64,000 bases of DNA from an uncultured Gammaproteobacteria bacterium (GTDB lineage Bacteria > Actinomycetota > Acidimicrobiia > Spongiisociales > SHLN01). Each line of letters opens with the position of its first letter. Positions within the stretch are counted from its first letter, which is position 1. A model generated the notes under the pieces. That model did no database searches. It saw only the letters and a program-made list of their open reading frames with translations, and had not been told where the DNA came from. Both the position numbers and the translations under genes were made by a program. This document shows, piece after piece, positions 34,196 to 44,928 of the stretch. The stretch is taken from contig CAXMQV010000029.1 of the NCBI GenBank assembly GCA_964195905.1, positions 5,618-69,617 on the forward strand. Direction: 5' to 3'.

Positions 34196-34933
34196 TCAGA
34201 GGTGCTCTAGACGACGCGTGACGGACTCGGCCAGCGCCCGATTCGTCGTCACGACCGGAATCCTCAGGTGCGCCTCCAGATCCTCCAGTAGCTGGGCCGT
34301 GGAGAGGGCGGTGCAGGAAATCACCAAGGCTTCGACGTTGCCGAACTCCGCTCCGTCGATCGCCTCGTAGATCGAGGCCGGTGCAACGTCCGAGGGCACA
34401 TACCCGGTCGGTACCCGCAGCCGGAGGTCGGCGGCGACCGTGATTCGTCCCTTCTCGAGGAGGCCGGCGAGCGCCTGGTGGGTCTCCGAGGCGTAGGGGG
34501 TGACCAGAGCAATGCGCTCCACCGAGCGTTCGGTGAGACTCTCGACGGAGGCGGATATCGGCTCGACCGCCGTAGCCCCGGGCAGGCTCCCTTCAACGAT
34601 CTCGGTCAATCGGGCCGGGCCGATCGCCACCGCCGCACTAGCGCAGGCCACCGCCACCAGCGAGCACCGCGTCGATAGCGACGCAGCACCTCGACGAAAC
34701 GCTTCACCCATATGCCCGAACCCGTCAAGGGTGAGCGCCGGGGGCATGCCGACGCGCGTGGCCAGCATCTCGATGTCCCGACTCGCGAGGAAGGTGCCGA
34801 TCTCTCCGGCCACAACTCGGTCTTCGCTCAACGCCAACAAGCCGATGACCGGTCGAGCGGCTTCCACTCCGACCGAGACCACAGAATCGATGTCTGCGGT
34901 TCGACCGTCGCCCAGGTGTGTCTTCGCCATCAC
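34196..34933 (-). CDS. Asp/Glu racemase superfamily protein (maleate isomerase/EutA-like)
   Basis: IGLLALSED, two-Cys catalytic pair VACAS and ISCTAL, PVVTTNRA. Confidence 0.8.
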   Translation of the reverse strand: MMAKTHLGDGRTADIDSVVSVGVEAARPVIGLLALSEDRVVAGEIGTFLASRDIEMLATRVGMPPALTLDGFGHMGEAFRRGAASLSTRCSLVAVACASAAVAIGPARLTEIVEGSLPGATAVEPISASVESLTERSVERIALVTPYASETHQALAGLLEKGRITVAADLRLRVPTGYVPSDVAPASIYEAIDGAEFGNVEALVISCTALSTAQLLEDLEAHLRIPVVTTNRALAESVTRRLEHL

Positions 34934-34952
34934 AGCTCAACTCTACGAGTCG

Positions 34953-34978
34953 GCTGAGGGTTCAGTTGCACCCTCAGC
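34953..34978. other. Perfect 9-bp inverted repeat just upstream of the racemase-like gene promoter
   Basis: gctgagggt-tcagttgc-accctcagc. Confidence 0.5.
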
Positions 34979-35090
34979 GGGCGAGGCGACGCTCCAAGGA
35001 CCGGGCATGCTGCCACCGACATCCGCCTATCAGTTGGAGATACTCGGTTAGAACGTATCGACCTCGAGCCGGGTACGTTTTCTGAGGGGC

Positions 35091-35119
35091 TTGTCAAAGA
35101 TTAAACATACGTATAGGCT
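35091..35119 (+). promoter_or_regulatory. Sigma70-type promoter for a leaderless tetR transcript
   Basis: TTGTCA(35091-96)-17 nt-TAGGCT(35114-19)-7 nt-ATG(35127). Confidence 0.75.
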
Positions 35120-35126
35120 ATTGAAC

Positions 35127-35815
35127 ATGAGTTCAGGAGTCGCTCCCATCTCGGTCGACGATCGCACGGCCAAAGCTCGAATCCGCGACGCGGCGATCGA
35201 GTGCTTTGCCGAGCACGGGCTCGCCGCCACCACCGCTCGCAAGGTGGCCGCGGCTGCCAGGGTGTCTCCGGGATTGGTCATCCACCATTTCGGATCGATG
35301 GACGGTCTGCGGGCCGCCTGCGATGAGTATGTCGTTGCCACGATTCGGGACTACAAGACGGAGGCTATGGCCGAGGGCCCCGGCCTCGACTTGCTGGCAG
35401 CCCTCCGACACGCACCGACTGAATCGCTGATGGGGTATCTGGCCACGGTGCTCCATGACGACTCGCCACTGGTGGCCAAACTGGTCGATGATCTGGTCGC
35501 CGACGCCGAGGCTTACCTCCAGTTGGGAGTAGAGACGGGGATGGTGCGGCCTACCTCCAATCCGCGCGACCGGGCGGCAGTATTGGTCCTGTGGTCGCTG
35601 GGCGCGCTGGCGCTGCACCACCACGTACAACGGATATTGGGGGTCGACCTCACCGACCCCGACATCGTGGCCGACCAATCAATCGCCGCCTATGCCGCAC
35701 CGGCCTATGAGATTTTCAACGAAGGGATCATCAGCGAGGCCTTCGCCCCGCAGGTGAACGAGGCTTTCCGGAACCCTTCAGCTCAGAAACCAACCAGAGA
35801 CAGCAAGGAACCGAC

Positions 35816-35819
<4 letters not shown>
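35127..35819 (+). CDS. TetR family transcriptional regulator
   Basis: RIRDAAIECFAEHG...VAAAARVSPGLVIHHFGSMDGL. Confidence 0.93.
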
Positions 35820-36717
<898 letters not shown>

Positions 36718-36718
<1 letters not shown>

Positions 36719-38376
36719 TGCTGGCAACAGTTGTCACCAAGACCTTTCTCGACCGGTGGAAGGGAGCCGCCATCGGGGCGGCCGCCCTGGCCATCATGTT
36801 CTTTTTCGGGATGGCGGTCTACCGCGACATAGACCTTGCCGTGTACACGGATCTTCCCGAGGCGCTTCGATCCCTTATGAACATCCCGGCCGATGCCGAC
36901 GTCGGCGCCCTGGCCTACGGCGCCATCTATAGCTCGTACGGGGCCCTCACTCTCGCCGCACTGGCGCTGTCGATGGGCTCGGCATCGATCGCCGGCGAGG
37001 AACGCAACGGCACCATGGGGTTGTTGCTCGGCAACCCGAAGAGCCGCACCTACATCCTCGTGTCCAAAGCGGCCAACATCACGATCCTGAGCGCCCTCGG
37101 CGCGTTGATCCTCTGGGTGGCCGGCATCGTGGTGCCCGACATTCTGAATGTCGACGTGACCGGCATCCAGGTCGGCGCCCTGGTATTTCACATGTTCGTA
37201 ATCGCGGTGTTCCACGGGTTCCTGGCCATGGCGATCGGCGCCTGGACCGGGAAGAGCTCGATGGCATCCGGAGTGACGGCCGGTGTGATGATGATTTCAT
37301 TCTTCGCCGTCGGTCTGCTCCCGCTCGTAGACAGTCTGAAGAACGGGGTCAAGGCGTTCCCCTGGTACTACTACAGCGGCGCCAACCCCCACATCAACGG
37401 AATCGACTGGGGCCATCTGGTGGTGCTGTTCGTGGGGATCGGTCTCCTGGCAGCGCTCGCCGTGCTCGGCGTGAATCGACGCGATCTGAGGAGCCAGACC
37501 ACCCGCGTCAGCCTCGTCGATCGGCTGCGGGCCTACCCCCTGACGAAGAAGATCGTGGATCGCCTGGCCGGTTCGGCCCGGGTCTCCCGGATCTGGGTGA
37601 AGACGGCTTCGGAGAACCAGGGCATCCTCATAGTGGTCGCCTACGTGATGTTCCTCGTGATGGGGCTGCTCATCGGCCCGATGTACACGTTCATCGACGA
37701 AGCTCTCGTCAGACTTGCCGACGCATTCCCTGAGGAACTGCTGGCCATGTTCGGTGGCGGTGACATGTCGACGCCCGAGGGCTTCTACCAGGTCGAGACG
37801 TTCGGCCTGATGGTTCCGATTGCCTTCATGGTGGTCACGGTGACGATCGGGGCCCGGGCGCTGGCCGGAGAGGAAGCCAACCGAACTATGGGCCTGCTTC
37901 TTGCCAACCCCATCAAGCGCTCTACGGTCGTGCTCGAGAAGACCATCGCGATGATCGTCCAGGCGGCAATCGTGGCGATCGCCCTGTTCGCCGGCGTGGT
38001 CGGGGGCTCGATGCTGGGAGGTCTCGGCATGAGCCCGCTCAATATCGCGGCTGCCACATTCTTGGGAACACTGATCGGCCTCGTATTCGGGGCGCTGGCA
38101 TTGGCCCTCAGTGCTGGGACCGGCCGTACCAGGGTGGCGATCTACGGCACCATCGGCACGGCCCTTGCCCTCTATGTGGCCAACGGGTTCCTTCCGTTTA
38201 GCGAAGGGTTGGAGGGTCTCACAAAGTGGGGCCCATTCCACTACTACCTGAGCAGTGATCCGCTGCTGAACGGGATGAATTGGGGCCATGCAGCCGTGCT
38301 TCTCGGACTGTTCGTTGCTCTAGTCGCCGCCGCCGTCATGCTGTTTGATCGGCGTGACCTGAGACAATCCGGCTGA
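36718..38376 (+). CDS. ABC-2 type permease with two tandem permease domains
   Basis: The motif IAGEERNGTMGLLLGNP / LAGEEANRTMGLLLANP occurs twice; both halves end in RRDLR. Confidence 0.9.
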
Positions 38377-38382
38377 ACGGCG

Positions 38383-39048
38383 TCAGCAAACCGTCCCCGG
38401 CTCGCAGAACAGCGCCTCGCCGGTCGTCTCGTACTTGGTGAGCAGCCAGTCGGACAGCATCGGGAGCAGTTGCTCGGCTGATACGTAGCCCCTTGTGACG
38501 ACGCCGTATTCCTCTCCGTCTCGCACGATGAGGGTCGGAAATCCTGTTGCTCCGTACGAGCGGGCTTCGGCGAAGTCCCGCCAGGCGGCCTTCCGCCACT
38601 CGTCGGATGCCAGCATCTCGCTGAACTTGGTTCGATCGACATCGAAGCCTTCGAGCAGGGCCGGGTACACGGCCGAATCGGTGATGTCGACACCTTCGGC
38701 GTAGAAGGCCTGCTGGAGACGGGTATGAAACCGGAGCGTATCCCCTGGGCTCAGTTCCCGCATGACGGCCACCGCGATGGCCGGAGTCTCGGTGTCGTAC
38801 ACCCATCCGTCGCGGCGCTCGAGGAACCCGTGGTCGAAGGGCTGGCCGGATGCGTGGGCGACCTGTTCCCAATGGTGGGCGAGCGTGGCGGCCACCCGAT
38901 CGTCGAGGGCTTCACCCTCGGATCCGGGCCGAAGGCCACCCACGACCACCCGGATCGGGATGTCGTAGACCTCGGTCATGCGCTCGAGCACCGGAGCAAA
39001 CCCCCAGCACCACGAACACATCGGATCACCGACGTAGATGAATTCCAT
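38383..39048 (-). CDS. DsbA family protein (FrnE-like)
   Basis: YVGDPMCSWCWGF, GATGFPTL. Confidence 0.9.
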   Translation of the reverse strand: MEFIYVGDPMCSWCWGFAPVLERMTEVYDIPIRVVVGGLRPGSEGEALDDRVAATLAHHWEQVAHASGQPFDHGFLERRDGWVYDTETPAIAVAVMRELSPGDTLRFHTRLQQAFYAEGVDITDSAVYPALLEGFDVDRTKFSEMLASDEWRKAAWRDFAEARSYGATGFPTLIVRDGEEYGVVTRGYVSAEQLLPMLSDWLLTKYETTGEALFCEPGTVC

Positions 39049-39092
39049 AATGGGGGAACCCAGTCGGGGGTGGGACCTATTCCGTTGCCTGA

Positions 39093-39140
39093 TCAGACCC
39101 CAGACCAGGCTTCTTGCTGGGGACCGGGGACTGGGGACCG
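39093..39140. repeat. GGGGAC-type 7-bp element (CAGACCCCAGAC ... CTTGCTGGGGACCGGGGACTGGGGAC)
   Basis: Nearly the same layout as 52997-53065. Confidence 0.75.
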
Positions 39141-39141
39141 T

Positions 39142-39993
39142 CTACCGCTTCGGTACCGAAACCCTCTTCGGTCTCTTGATCCCGATTCCGAGCAGGATTT
39201 CGCGGCGAAGCGATCGAGACCCGCTCGCCAACCCAACGTAGGCGATCGTCCAGGCAATCAGGCCGGTGATGAGTCCGGTGCGGGCCGGGTCGTAAACGAG
39301 GCCTGACGCCGTTGCGTAGGCGATCACGATGACCGGAAGAGAAACGAGAGAAGCCGCCTGTTGGGCAGCAGCCGCGCTCTGTACTCGTGCCGAGATCCGC
39401 ACGATGAGAGAGAGGGCAATGGCGATGGCGGGAGGTACGACCCAGAGAATGAGGACCCACCACCCCGTCGTGGGGAAGAACCAACCTCCAAGCCTCGGTC
39501 CCACGATGAGGTTGACGAGCAGCGAGTAGACCCCGAACCCGATGAGGGTTGCGCCGTAGCCGGGGATCAGGGCGGCGAGCAACTTGCCTGCGTACAACTC
39601 CCGCTCGGTAATGGGGGAGTGGGCGAGGAACTCACCGGTACCCCGTTCGCGCTCGCCAACGATGGTGTTCGAGCCGACGGCGGCGGCGATGGTGAGCGGC
39701 ACCACCACTGCGATGGGGGCGAGTAGATAGACGGCGATGGCGAAAGCGGCTCTCGCTTCGGGCGTGTCGCCCTGAATGTTCTCCTGGATCGTGAGCGGCA
39801 AAGTCTCGAGCACTGTGCCGATCTGATTGACCACCTGGCTGCTCTGCGCCGAGGCGACGACATTGAGGGCCACTATGGGCACCACTACAAAGAACAGAGC
39901 TGCGAGCAGTCCGAGCGGCAGCCAGTAGTCCCGGCTCTTGGCGAGCTGCCGCAAATCGGTACGGGCTACGGCCCAGACCCGGTGCCAATTCAC
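39142..39993 (-). CDS. ABC-2 type transporter permease
   Basis: AVARTDLRQL, IVGERERGTGEFLAHSP. Confidence 0.88.
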   Translation of the reverse strand: MNWHRVWAVARTDLRQLAKSRDYWLPLGLLAALFFVVVPIVALNVVASAQSSQVVNQIGTVLETLPLTIQENIQGDTPEARAAFAIAVYLLAPIAVVVPLTIAAAVGSNTIVGERERGTGEFLAHSPITERELYAGKLLAALIPGYGATLIGFGVYSLLVNLIVGPRLGGWFFPTTGWWVLILWVVPPAIAIALSLIVRISARVQSAAAAQQAASLVSLPVIVIAYATASGLVYDPARTGLITGLIAWTIAYVGLASGSRSLRREILLGIGIKRPKRVSVPKR

Positions 39994-40928
39994 GACCTCA
40001 CCTCGTCCTTCTCGCCGCGTCTGTGCCGTTGCATCTCGAAGTACAGCGCTTCGAGCGTTGGCTGGATTGGTTCCACCCGGGTGAGCCGGGCCCCGCCTGC
40101 TACGAGGGTGGCGACGATGTCGGGTAGGCGATCCAGATTGTCCAGTTCGGCGGTGACATGACCATTGAAAGTGGCTGACACCACGCCATCGAGATTGGAG
40201 AGGATCGAGAGGTCGGTGCGATCCTCGGCGTCGAAGTGGACCCGATTGTCGCGCCAGTACTGCTCGGCCAGGTGGTCAGGATGCCCGGCCACCCAGGCAT
40301 GACCTTCGTTCATGAGGACCACCTGGTCGGCGATTCCCTCGGCCTCGTGCAGAAGGTGAGTGCACATCACGATGGTGCGACCCTTCCCGGCCATGTCCCT
40401 GATGAGGTCAAGCACCGCCCTGGCCGACTCCGGGTCGAGCCCGGCCGTGGGCTCATCGAGCAACAGGATGGTCGGGTCGTGGAGGATGGCCCTGGCCAGT
40501 GCCAGCCGGGTCCGCATTCCCGTGGAGTACCCGCCTACCTCTTGATCGAGGGCGTGCCCGATGTCGAACCGCTCGGCGGCCGATTCGATGGGGGCGGTTG
40601 GCCCGAGCTCCCACAATTTGGCGGCGAATTGGAGGTTTTCCAGGCCGGTCAGCCGGTCATAGAAGGCGGCTTTCGGGGGCACCACCCCGCTGATCCGGCG
40701 GATCTCGTTGCCGTCGATGCGCGGGTCCATTCCGAGGATCTTGATGGTTCCGGCGTCTGCCTGGAGCGCCCCGGTCGCCAACCGAACTGTGGTGGTCTTT
40801 CCCGCTCCGTTTGGGCCGAGCAGAACGGCAACCGACCCGGGCTGAATGTCGAGGTCGAGGTCCTGCACGGCGTCGATGCTTCCGAAGCTCCGGCCGACGC
40901 GCGTGAAGGAGATAGCTGTGTCACGCAT
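39990..40928 (-). CDS. ABC-2 type transporter ATP-binding protein
   Basis: Start MRDTAISF; GPNGAGKTT, YSTGMR, LLLDEPTAGLDP. Confidence 0.93.
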   Translation of the reverse strand: MRDTAISFTRVGRSFGSIDAVQDLDLDIQPGSVAVLLGPNGAGKTTTVRLATGALQADAGTIKILGMDPRIDGNEIRRISGVVPPKAAFYDRLTGLENLQFAAKLWELGPTAPIESAAERFDIGHALDQEVGGYSTGMRTRLALARAILHDPTILLLDEPTAGLDPESARAVLDLIRDMAGKGRTIVMCTHLLHEAEGIADQVVLMNEGHAWVAGHPDHLAEQYWRDNRVHFDAEDRTDLSILSNLDGVVSATFNGHVTAELDNLDRLPDIVATLVAGGARLTRVEPIQPTLEALYFEMQRHRRGEKDEVRS

Positions 40929-41105
40929 AGGGATTCTCCATCGGCAGGAACGGTAGTTGTGTTGAGGGGGTGGCGCCGCCTTCGGCGTTGCTTGCGACTT
41001 GCTACGAGGGATTCTGGCAAACAGCATCGGCTCGCGGGCGAGAACAGATAGCCGAGGACCTGCCGAGGCTCGGCGCCGGAGCCTGCTGGGACCTACGCTT
41101 CCCCC

Positions 41106-41819
41106 ATGTCCGACCAACCCCTCTTCCGCTTCGATTCGGTCTCGGTTGTCGGGTCGTCCGGGGTTCGCCTCGGCAATGTGACACTCGACGTCGCAGCCGC
41201 GGGGATTACCGTCCTGGTCGGTCCGAGCGGTTCGGGCAAAAGCACGCTGCTCCGACTCTGCAATCGGCTCGAGGTGCCCTCGAGCGGGACTGTCCAGTAC
41301 CGGGGTCGCCCGCTGTCGGAGTTCGATCCGCTCCAACTGCGGCGCCAGGTCGGGATGGTGTTCCAGCGTCCGGTTCTCTTTGCCGGGAGCGTACGAGACA
41401 ACCTGGCCGAAGCCGACGGTGGCGCCGGACAATCCGACCTCGAGGAGGCCCTTGAGAGGGCCGCTCTCGAAGGGTCGTTTCTCGATCGGCCGGCCGGTGA
41501 ACTTTCCGGTGGCGAAGCGCAGCGAGTGTGCCTGGCCCGTGCCCTCGTCGCCCAGCCGGGGGCCCTGCTCATGGATGAGCCGACATCGTCGCTCGACGGG
41601 GCGGCGGTCTCCCGGTTGGAGCAACTGGCTCGCCGACTGGCGGACGCCGGGACCCCCGTTATCTGGGTCACCCATGACCTCGGGCAGATGCGGCGTATCG
41701 CCGACCGCGTGGCGGTTCTTATCGCAGGATCGCTGCGATTTCTCGGTGAGCCCGGGCAGCTGGAATCAGGCGGGGATCACGAATTGACAAAGTTCCTGGA
41801 GGATGCGGATGCCGGGTGA
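41106..41819 (+). CDS. ABC transporter ATP-binding protein (FetA-like)
   Basis: GPSGSGKST, LRRQVGMVFQ, LSGGEAQR, LLMDEPTS; ATG 6 nt after TACGCT. Confidence 0.9.
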   Translation: MSDQPLFRFDSVSVVGSSGVRLGNVTLDVAAAGITVLVGPSGSGKSTLLRLCNRLEVPSSGTVQYRGRPLSEFDPLQLRRQVGMVFQRPVLFAGSVRDNLAEADGGAGQSDLEEALERAALEGSFLDRPAGELSGGEAQRVCLARALVAQPGALLMDEPTSSLDGAAVSRLEQLARRLADAGTPVIWVTHDLGQMRRIADRVAVLIAGSLRFLGEPGQLESGGDHELTKFLEDADAG

Positions 41820-42612
41820 CGCAGAATTCCTCGCTGGTGACGTCGACTTTGTCGGCCTGGCCGCCTCTCTTGTCATGGTCGTCGTGGCGCTGGTCCTCTC
41901 CCGCTGGAACCGGCTTGGTATCGAACGAGGCATCGGCGTTGCCGTCGTGCGGGCGCTGGTTCAATTGCTCGGGATCGGAGCGGTGCTGGCCTTCATCCTC
42001 AACCCCGACCGGTCGCTGGCGTTGTCGTGGTTCTGGGTGCTTGTCATGTTGCTGTTCTCGGCCGTCGTGCTGTCACGGCGAGCAGGCGAAGTACCGGGCC
42101 TGTTCCCGATCGGGCTGGGGGCATTCACGGCGGCGGCGGTGGTGACACTCGGCGTCATCTTCGGTCTCGGTATCTTTCCGCTCGAAGCCCGGGCGCTCGT
42201 TCCTTTGGCCGGGATGATGATCGGGAACTCCATGAACGCCACCGTGGTGGTGGCCAGGCGGGTGGTGGAGGAGCTGCGAGACAAGCGAGACGAGGTCGAA
42301 GCTCGCCTGGCGCTCGGCCAGTCCTCCCGCCGGGCATCTCTTCCGTATGTCAGATCGGCGATCCGGACTGCGCTGACGCCGCAGGTCGAGACGACGAAGG
42401 GGGTCGGCCTCGTGTTTCTCCCCGGCGCCATGACCGGGCTCATCCTGGCCGGGGTCGACCCGGTTGATGCGGTCAAAGTCCAGGCGGCAATCATGTTCCT
42501 CATACTCGGTTCGGTCGCCACAACCACCACCGTGGTCGGCTTCGGCACCGCCGCCCGCCTCTTCACACCCGATCACCGGCTGGTGCAGCTAGACCGCCCG
42601 GCGGGAACGTAA
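41809..42612 (+). CDS. UPF0014/FetB-like ABC permease
   Basis: RALVQL, PLAGMMIGNSM, EARLALG, PGAMTGLILAGVDP..AVKVQ. Confidence 0.9.
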   Translation: MPGDAEFLAGDVDFVGLAASLVMVVVALVLSRWNRLGIERGIGVAVVRALVQLLGIGAVLAFILNPDRSLALSWFWVLVMLLFSAVVLSRRAGEVPGLFPIGLGAFTAAAVVTLGVIFGLGIFPLEARALVPLAGMMIGNSMNATVVVARRVVEELRDKRDEVEARLALGQSSRRASLPYVRSAIRTALTPQVETTKGVGLVFLPGAMTGLILAGVDPVDAVKVQAAIMFLILGSVATTTTVVGFGTAARLFTPDHRLVQLDRPAGT

Positions 42613-42613
42613 G

Positions 42614-42905
42614 AGGTCACCGGTCACCGGTCAGAAGAATCGAGGACTCGATCGCAGATTGCGGCCACCTTCAGGCGGGTGAGGGTGGCCAACTATGGCT
42701 TCTGGTAGTGGCGTTGGTCGGCGACTCGTTTGCTTCGTTTCAGCAGTGAGTTCCTGATGTTTCGTCGTCATTCTCGTGCTGGGATCGACCCTCCCCTAAC
42801 CCCGCCCGCTCCGCTTCGCTCCACGGGAGGGGAAATCGCACCCGCTCGGAACGCGGTGGCAGGCAGCGAAAGGGCTGGTGACTGGTGACCGGTGACCGGT
42901 GACCG
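42614..42905. repeat. Composite intergenic element bounded by inverted 7-bp arrays (CGGTCAC x3 / CCGGTGA x4) with an internal REP-like palindrome
   Basis: Arrays at 42614-34 and 42875-905 are reverse complements; internal cctcccctaacccc...cttcgct...gggagggg at about 42789-42833. Confidence 0.75.
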
Positions 42906-42923
42906 TTTAGGCGGCTCCGCCGC

Positions 42924-44159
42924 CTAAACCTCTACTTTGTCCCTTTTACCGATGACCACGATGCCGTTGTCCGAGATCGTGTAGCGCTCGCGGTCGGCTT
43001 CCAGATCGACGCCGATCTGGGCGCCTTCGGGGACCTCGACGTTCTTGTCGAGGATGGCCCGGCGCACGACGGCCCCGCGGCCGACTCTGACGCTGTCGAG
43101 CAGTACGGAATCCTCTACCTCGGCGTAGGAGTTGACGCGGACCAGCGGGGATAGGACAGACCGTCGCACGGTGCCGCCGCTGATGATGACGCCGTCGCTG
43201 AGCAGCGAATTGAGGGCCATGCCGGTACGGCCTGGTTCCTCGTGGACCGTTTTGGCCGGCGGGAGCGGTGTGTTGGCGGTGTAGATCGGCCATTCCTGGT
43301 TGTACAGGCTGAAGGTTGGCTCAACCGCCAGCAGATCCATCGTGGCGTCGTAGTAGCTGTCGAGGGTTCCAACGTCCCGCCAATACCCGCGCTCGCGGGC
43401 GTGGATTCCTGGAACATCGAAGGCGGCGAAATCATGCACCCGGGCCAGACCGTCCTTGACGAGGCTCGGGATGATGTTGCCGCCGATGTCGTGTCTGGAC
43501 TTCTCGTCGGCGGCATCGGTGTTGACCGTGTCGACGAGGACATCGCGGTCAAACAGGTAGTTCCCCATGGACACATAGGCCATGGTCGGGTCGTTGGGAA
43601 GGGACGGGGGATCGGATGGCTTCTCGAGGAAGTCGACGATCTTGCCGGACTCGTCTGCCTTGATAACTCCGAAATCGCTCGCTTGCTCGATCGGTACCCG
43701 GGTGGCAGCGACCGTCACGCCGGCTCCCGAATCCAGGTGCTCACCGAGCATGTAGCGGGGGTTCATCCGGTAGATGTGGTCGGCCCCGAATACGAAGACC
43801 TGATCGGGATCCTCATCTACCAGGATGTTGAGGTTCTGGAAGATGGCGTCGGCCGAACCTGCGAACCAGCGCGGCCCGCGGCGCATCTGGGCGGGAACGG
43901 CGGCCACATAATGGCCGAGGATGGGCGACAGCCGCCAGGTGGTAGCGAGGTGGCGATCGAGGCTGTGGCTCTTGTACTGGGTCAGGACGACGATCCGCAC
44001 GATGCGGGCGTTGACCAGATTGGAGAGTGCGAAGTCGATGAGGCGGTAGCGCCCGCCGAAGGGAACGGCCGGTTTGGCACGGTCCCGCGTCAGTGGATGG
44101 AGTCGCTTTCCTTCGCCACCTGCGAGCACCATGGCCATGAGCTTGGGACGACTTGCCAT
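42924..44159 (-). CDS. glgC: Glucose-1-phosphate adenylyltransferase
   Basis: [47 protein letters not shown]; ATG 7 nt after TAGCTT. Confidence 0.96.
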   Translation of the reverse strand: MASRPKLMAMVLAGGEGKRLHPLTRDRAKPAVPFGGRYRLIDFALSNLVNARIVRIVVLTQYKSHSLDRHLATTWRLSPILGHYVAAVPAQMRRGPRWFAGSADAIFQNLNILVDEDPDQVFVFGADHIYRMNPRYMLGEHLDSGAGVTVAATRVPIEQASDFGVIKADESGKIVDFLEKPSDPPSLPNDPTMAYVSMGNYLFDRDVLVDTVNTDAADEKSRHDIGGNIIPSLVKDGLARVHDFAAFDVPGIHARERGYWRDVGTLDSYYDATMDLLAVEPTFSLYNQEWPIYTANTPLPPAKTVHEEPGRTGMALNSLLSDGVIISGGTVRRSVLSPLVRVNSYAEVEDSVLLDSVRVGRGAVVRRAILDKNVEVPEGAQIGVDLEADRERYTISDNGIVVIGKRDKVEV

Positions 44160-44217
44160 GCCCCCCAAGCTAGCGAGCGCCGGACCGCAGTGAGAGGCAG
44201 GGGAGTAGGTTCACATC

Positions 44218-44928
44218 GTGACCGATTCTCAATTCCCCGTTGTCGACCGGGGCTCTGTTCCCGTGCTCAGCATGGATCAGATGCGGGAGGTCGACCGGAT
44301 CATGATCGAGGACCTCCACATCGAGCTCATTCAGATGATGGAGAACGCCGGTCGCAATCTCGCTCGACTCGCCTATCGGCGATTCAATCCCGCAACCGTT
44401 CTGGTGTTGGCCGGGTCAGGGGGCAACGGAGGAGGAGGCATGGTGGCGGCTCGCCACCTCTTCAACTGGGGGGTCGGCGTCTCGGTGGTGCTCGGCCAGG
44501 AGCGAGATCGGGTCGGCCCGGTTCCCGCCCACCAGCTAGAAGTGCTCGATCGGATGGGTGTGCCTGTGATCGAGGAGCCGGTGCCGGCCGATCTCGTGAT
44601 CGACGCCCTCATCGGCTATTCGTTGCGGGGCAACCCGCGGGGCCGGGTTGCCGATCTGATCGAATGGACTGTCAGCCTGGCCGGCCCGGTGCTGTCGCTC
44701 GACACACCAAGCGGACTGAACGTCACAACCGGGGTAGCCGGCGTGCCAAGCGTCTCGGCCACCGCCACGCTTACCCTGGCGGCCCCCAAGACCGGCCTCT
44801 TCGACCAGGGTCAGGTCGGCGACCTCTACCTGGCCGACATCTCGGTACCCCCCGCGGTGTATGACGGGTTCGGGATGGAGATGCCCGTCGACGTGTTTGG
44901 TGCGGACACGGTGGTCCGACTCGGTTAG
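44218..44928 (+). CDS. nnrE: NAD(P)H-hydrate epimerase (stand-alone YjeF N-terminal domain)
   Basis: QMMENAGR, GSGGNGGGGMVAARHL, VIDALIG, LSLDTPSG. Confidence 0.9.
   Translation: MTDSQFPVVDRGSVPVLSMDQMREVDRIMIEDLHIELIQMMENAGRNLARLAYRRFNPATVLVLAGSGGNGGGGMVAARHLFNWGVGVSVVLGQERDRVGPVPAHQLEVLDRMGVPVIEEPVPADLVIDALIGYSLRGNPRGRVADLIEWTVSLAGPVLSLDTPSGLNVTTGVAGVPSVSATATLTLAAPKTGLFDQGQVGDLYLADISVPPAVYDGFGMEMPVDVFGADTVVRLG

Noticed and set aside
40929-41675. N-terminal 249-aa extension of the ABC ATPase (ORF 39990-41675)
   Set aside because: It is mostly the antisense shadow of the FetA-like gene; the ATPase domain begins at 40928.
43242-44864. 540-aa plus-strand ORF
   Set aside because: Antisense shadow of glgC plus an off-frame read of nnrE; no motifs. 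The other long overlapping ORFs (e.g. 24842-26146, 21198-22373, 54578-55732) were rejected for the same high-GC shadow reason.
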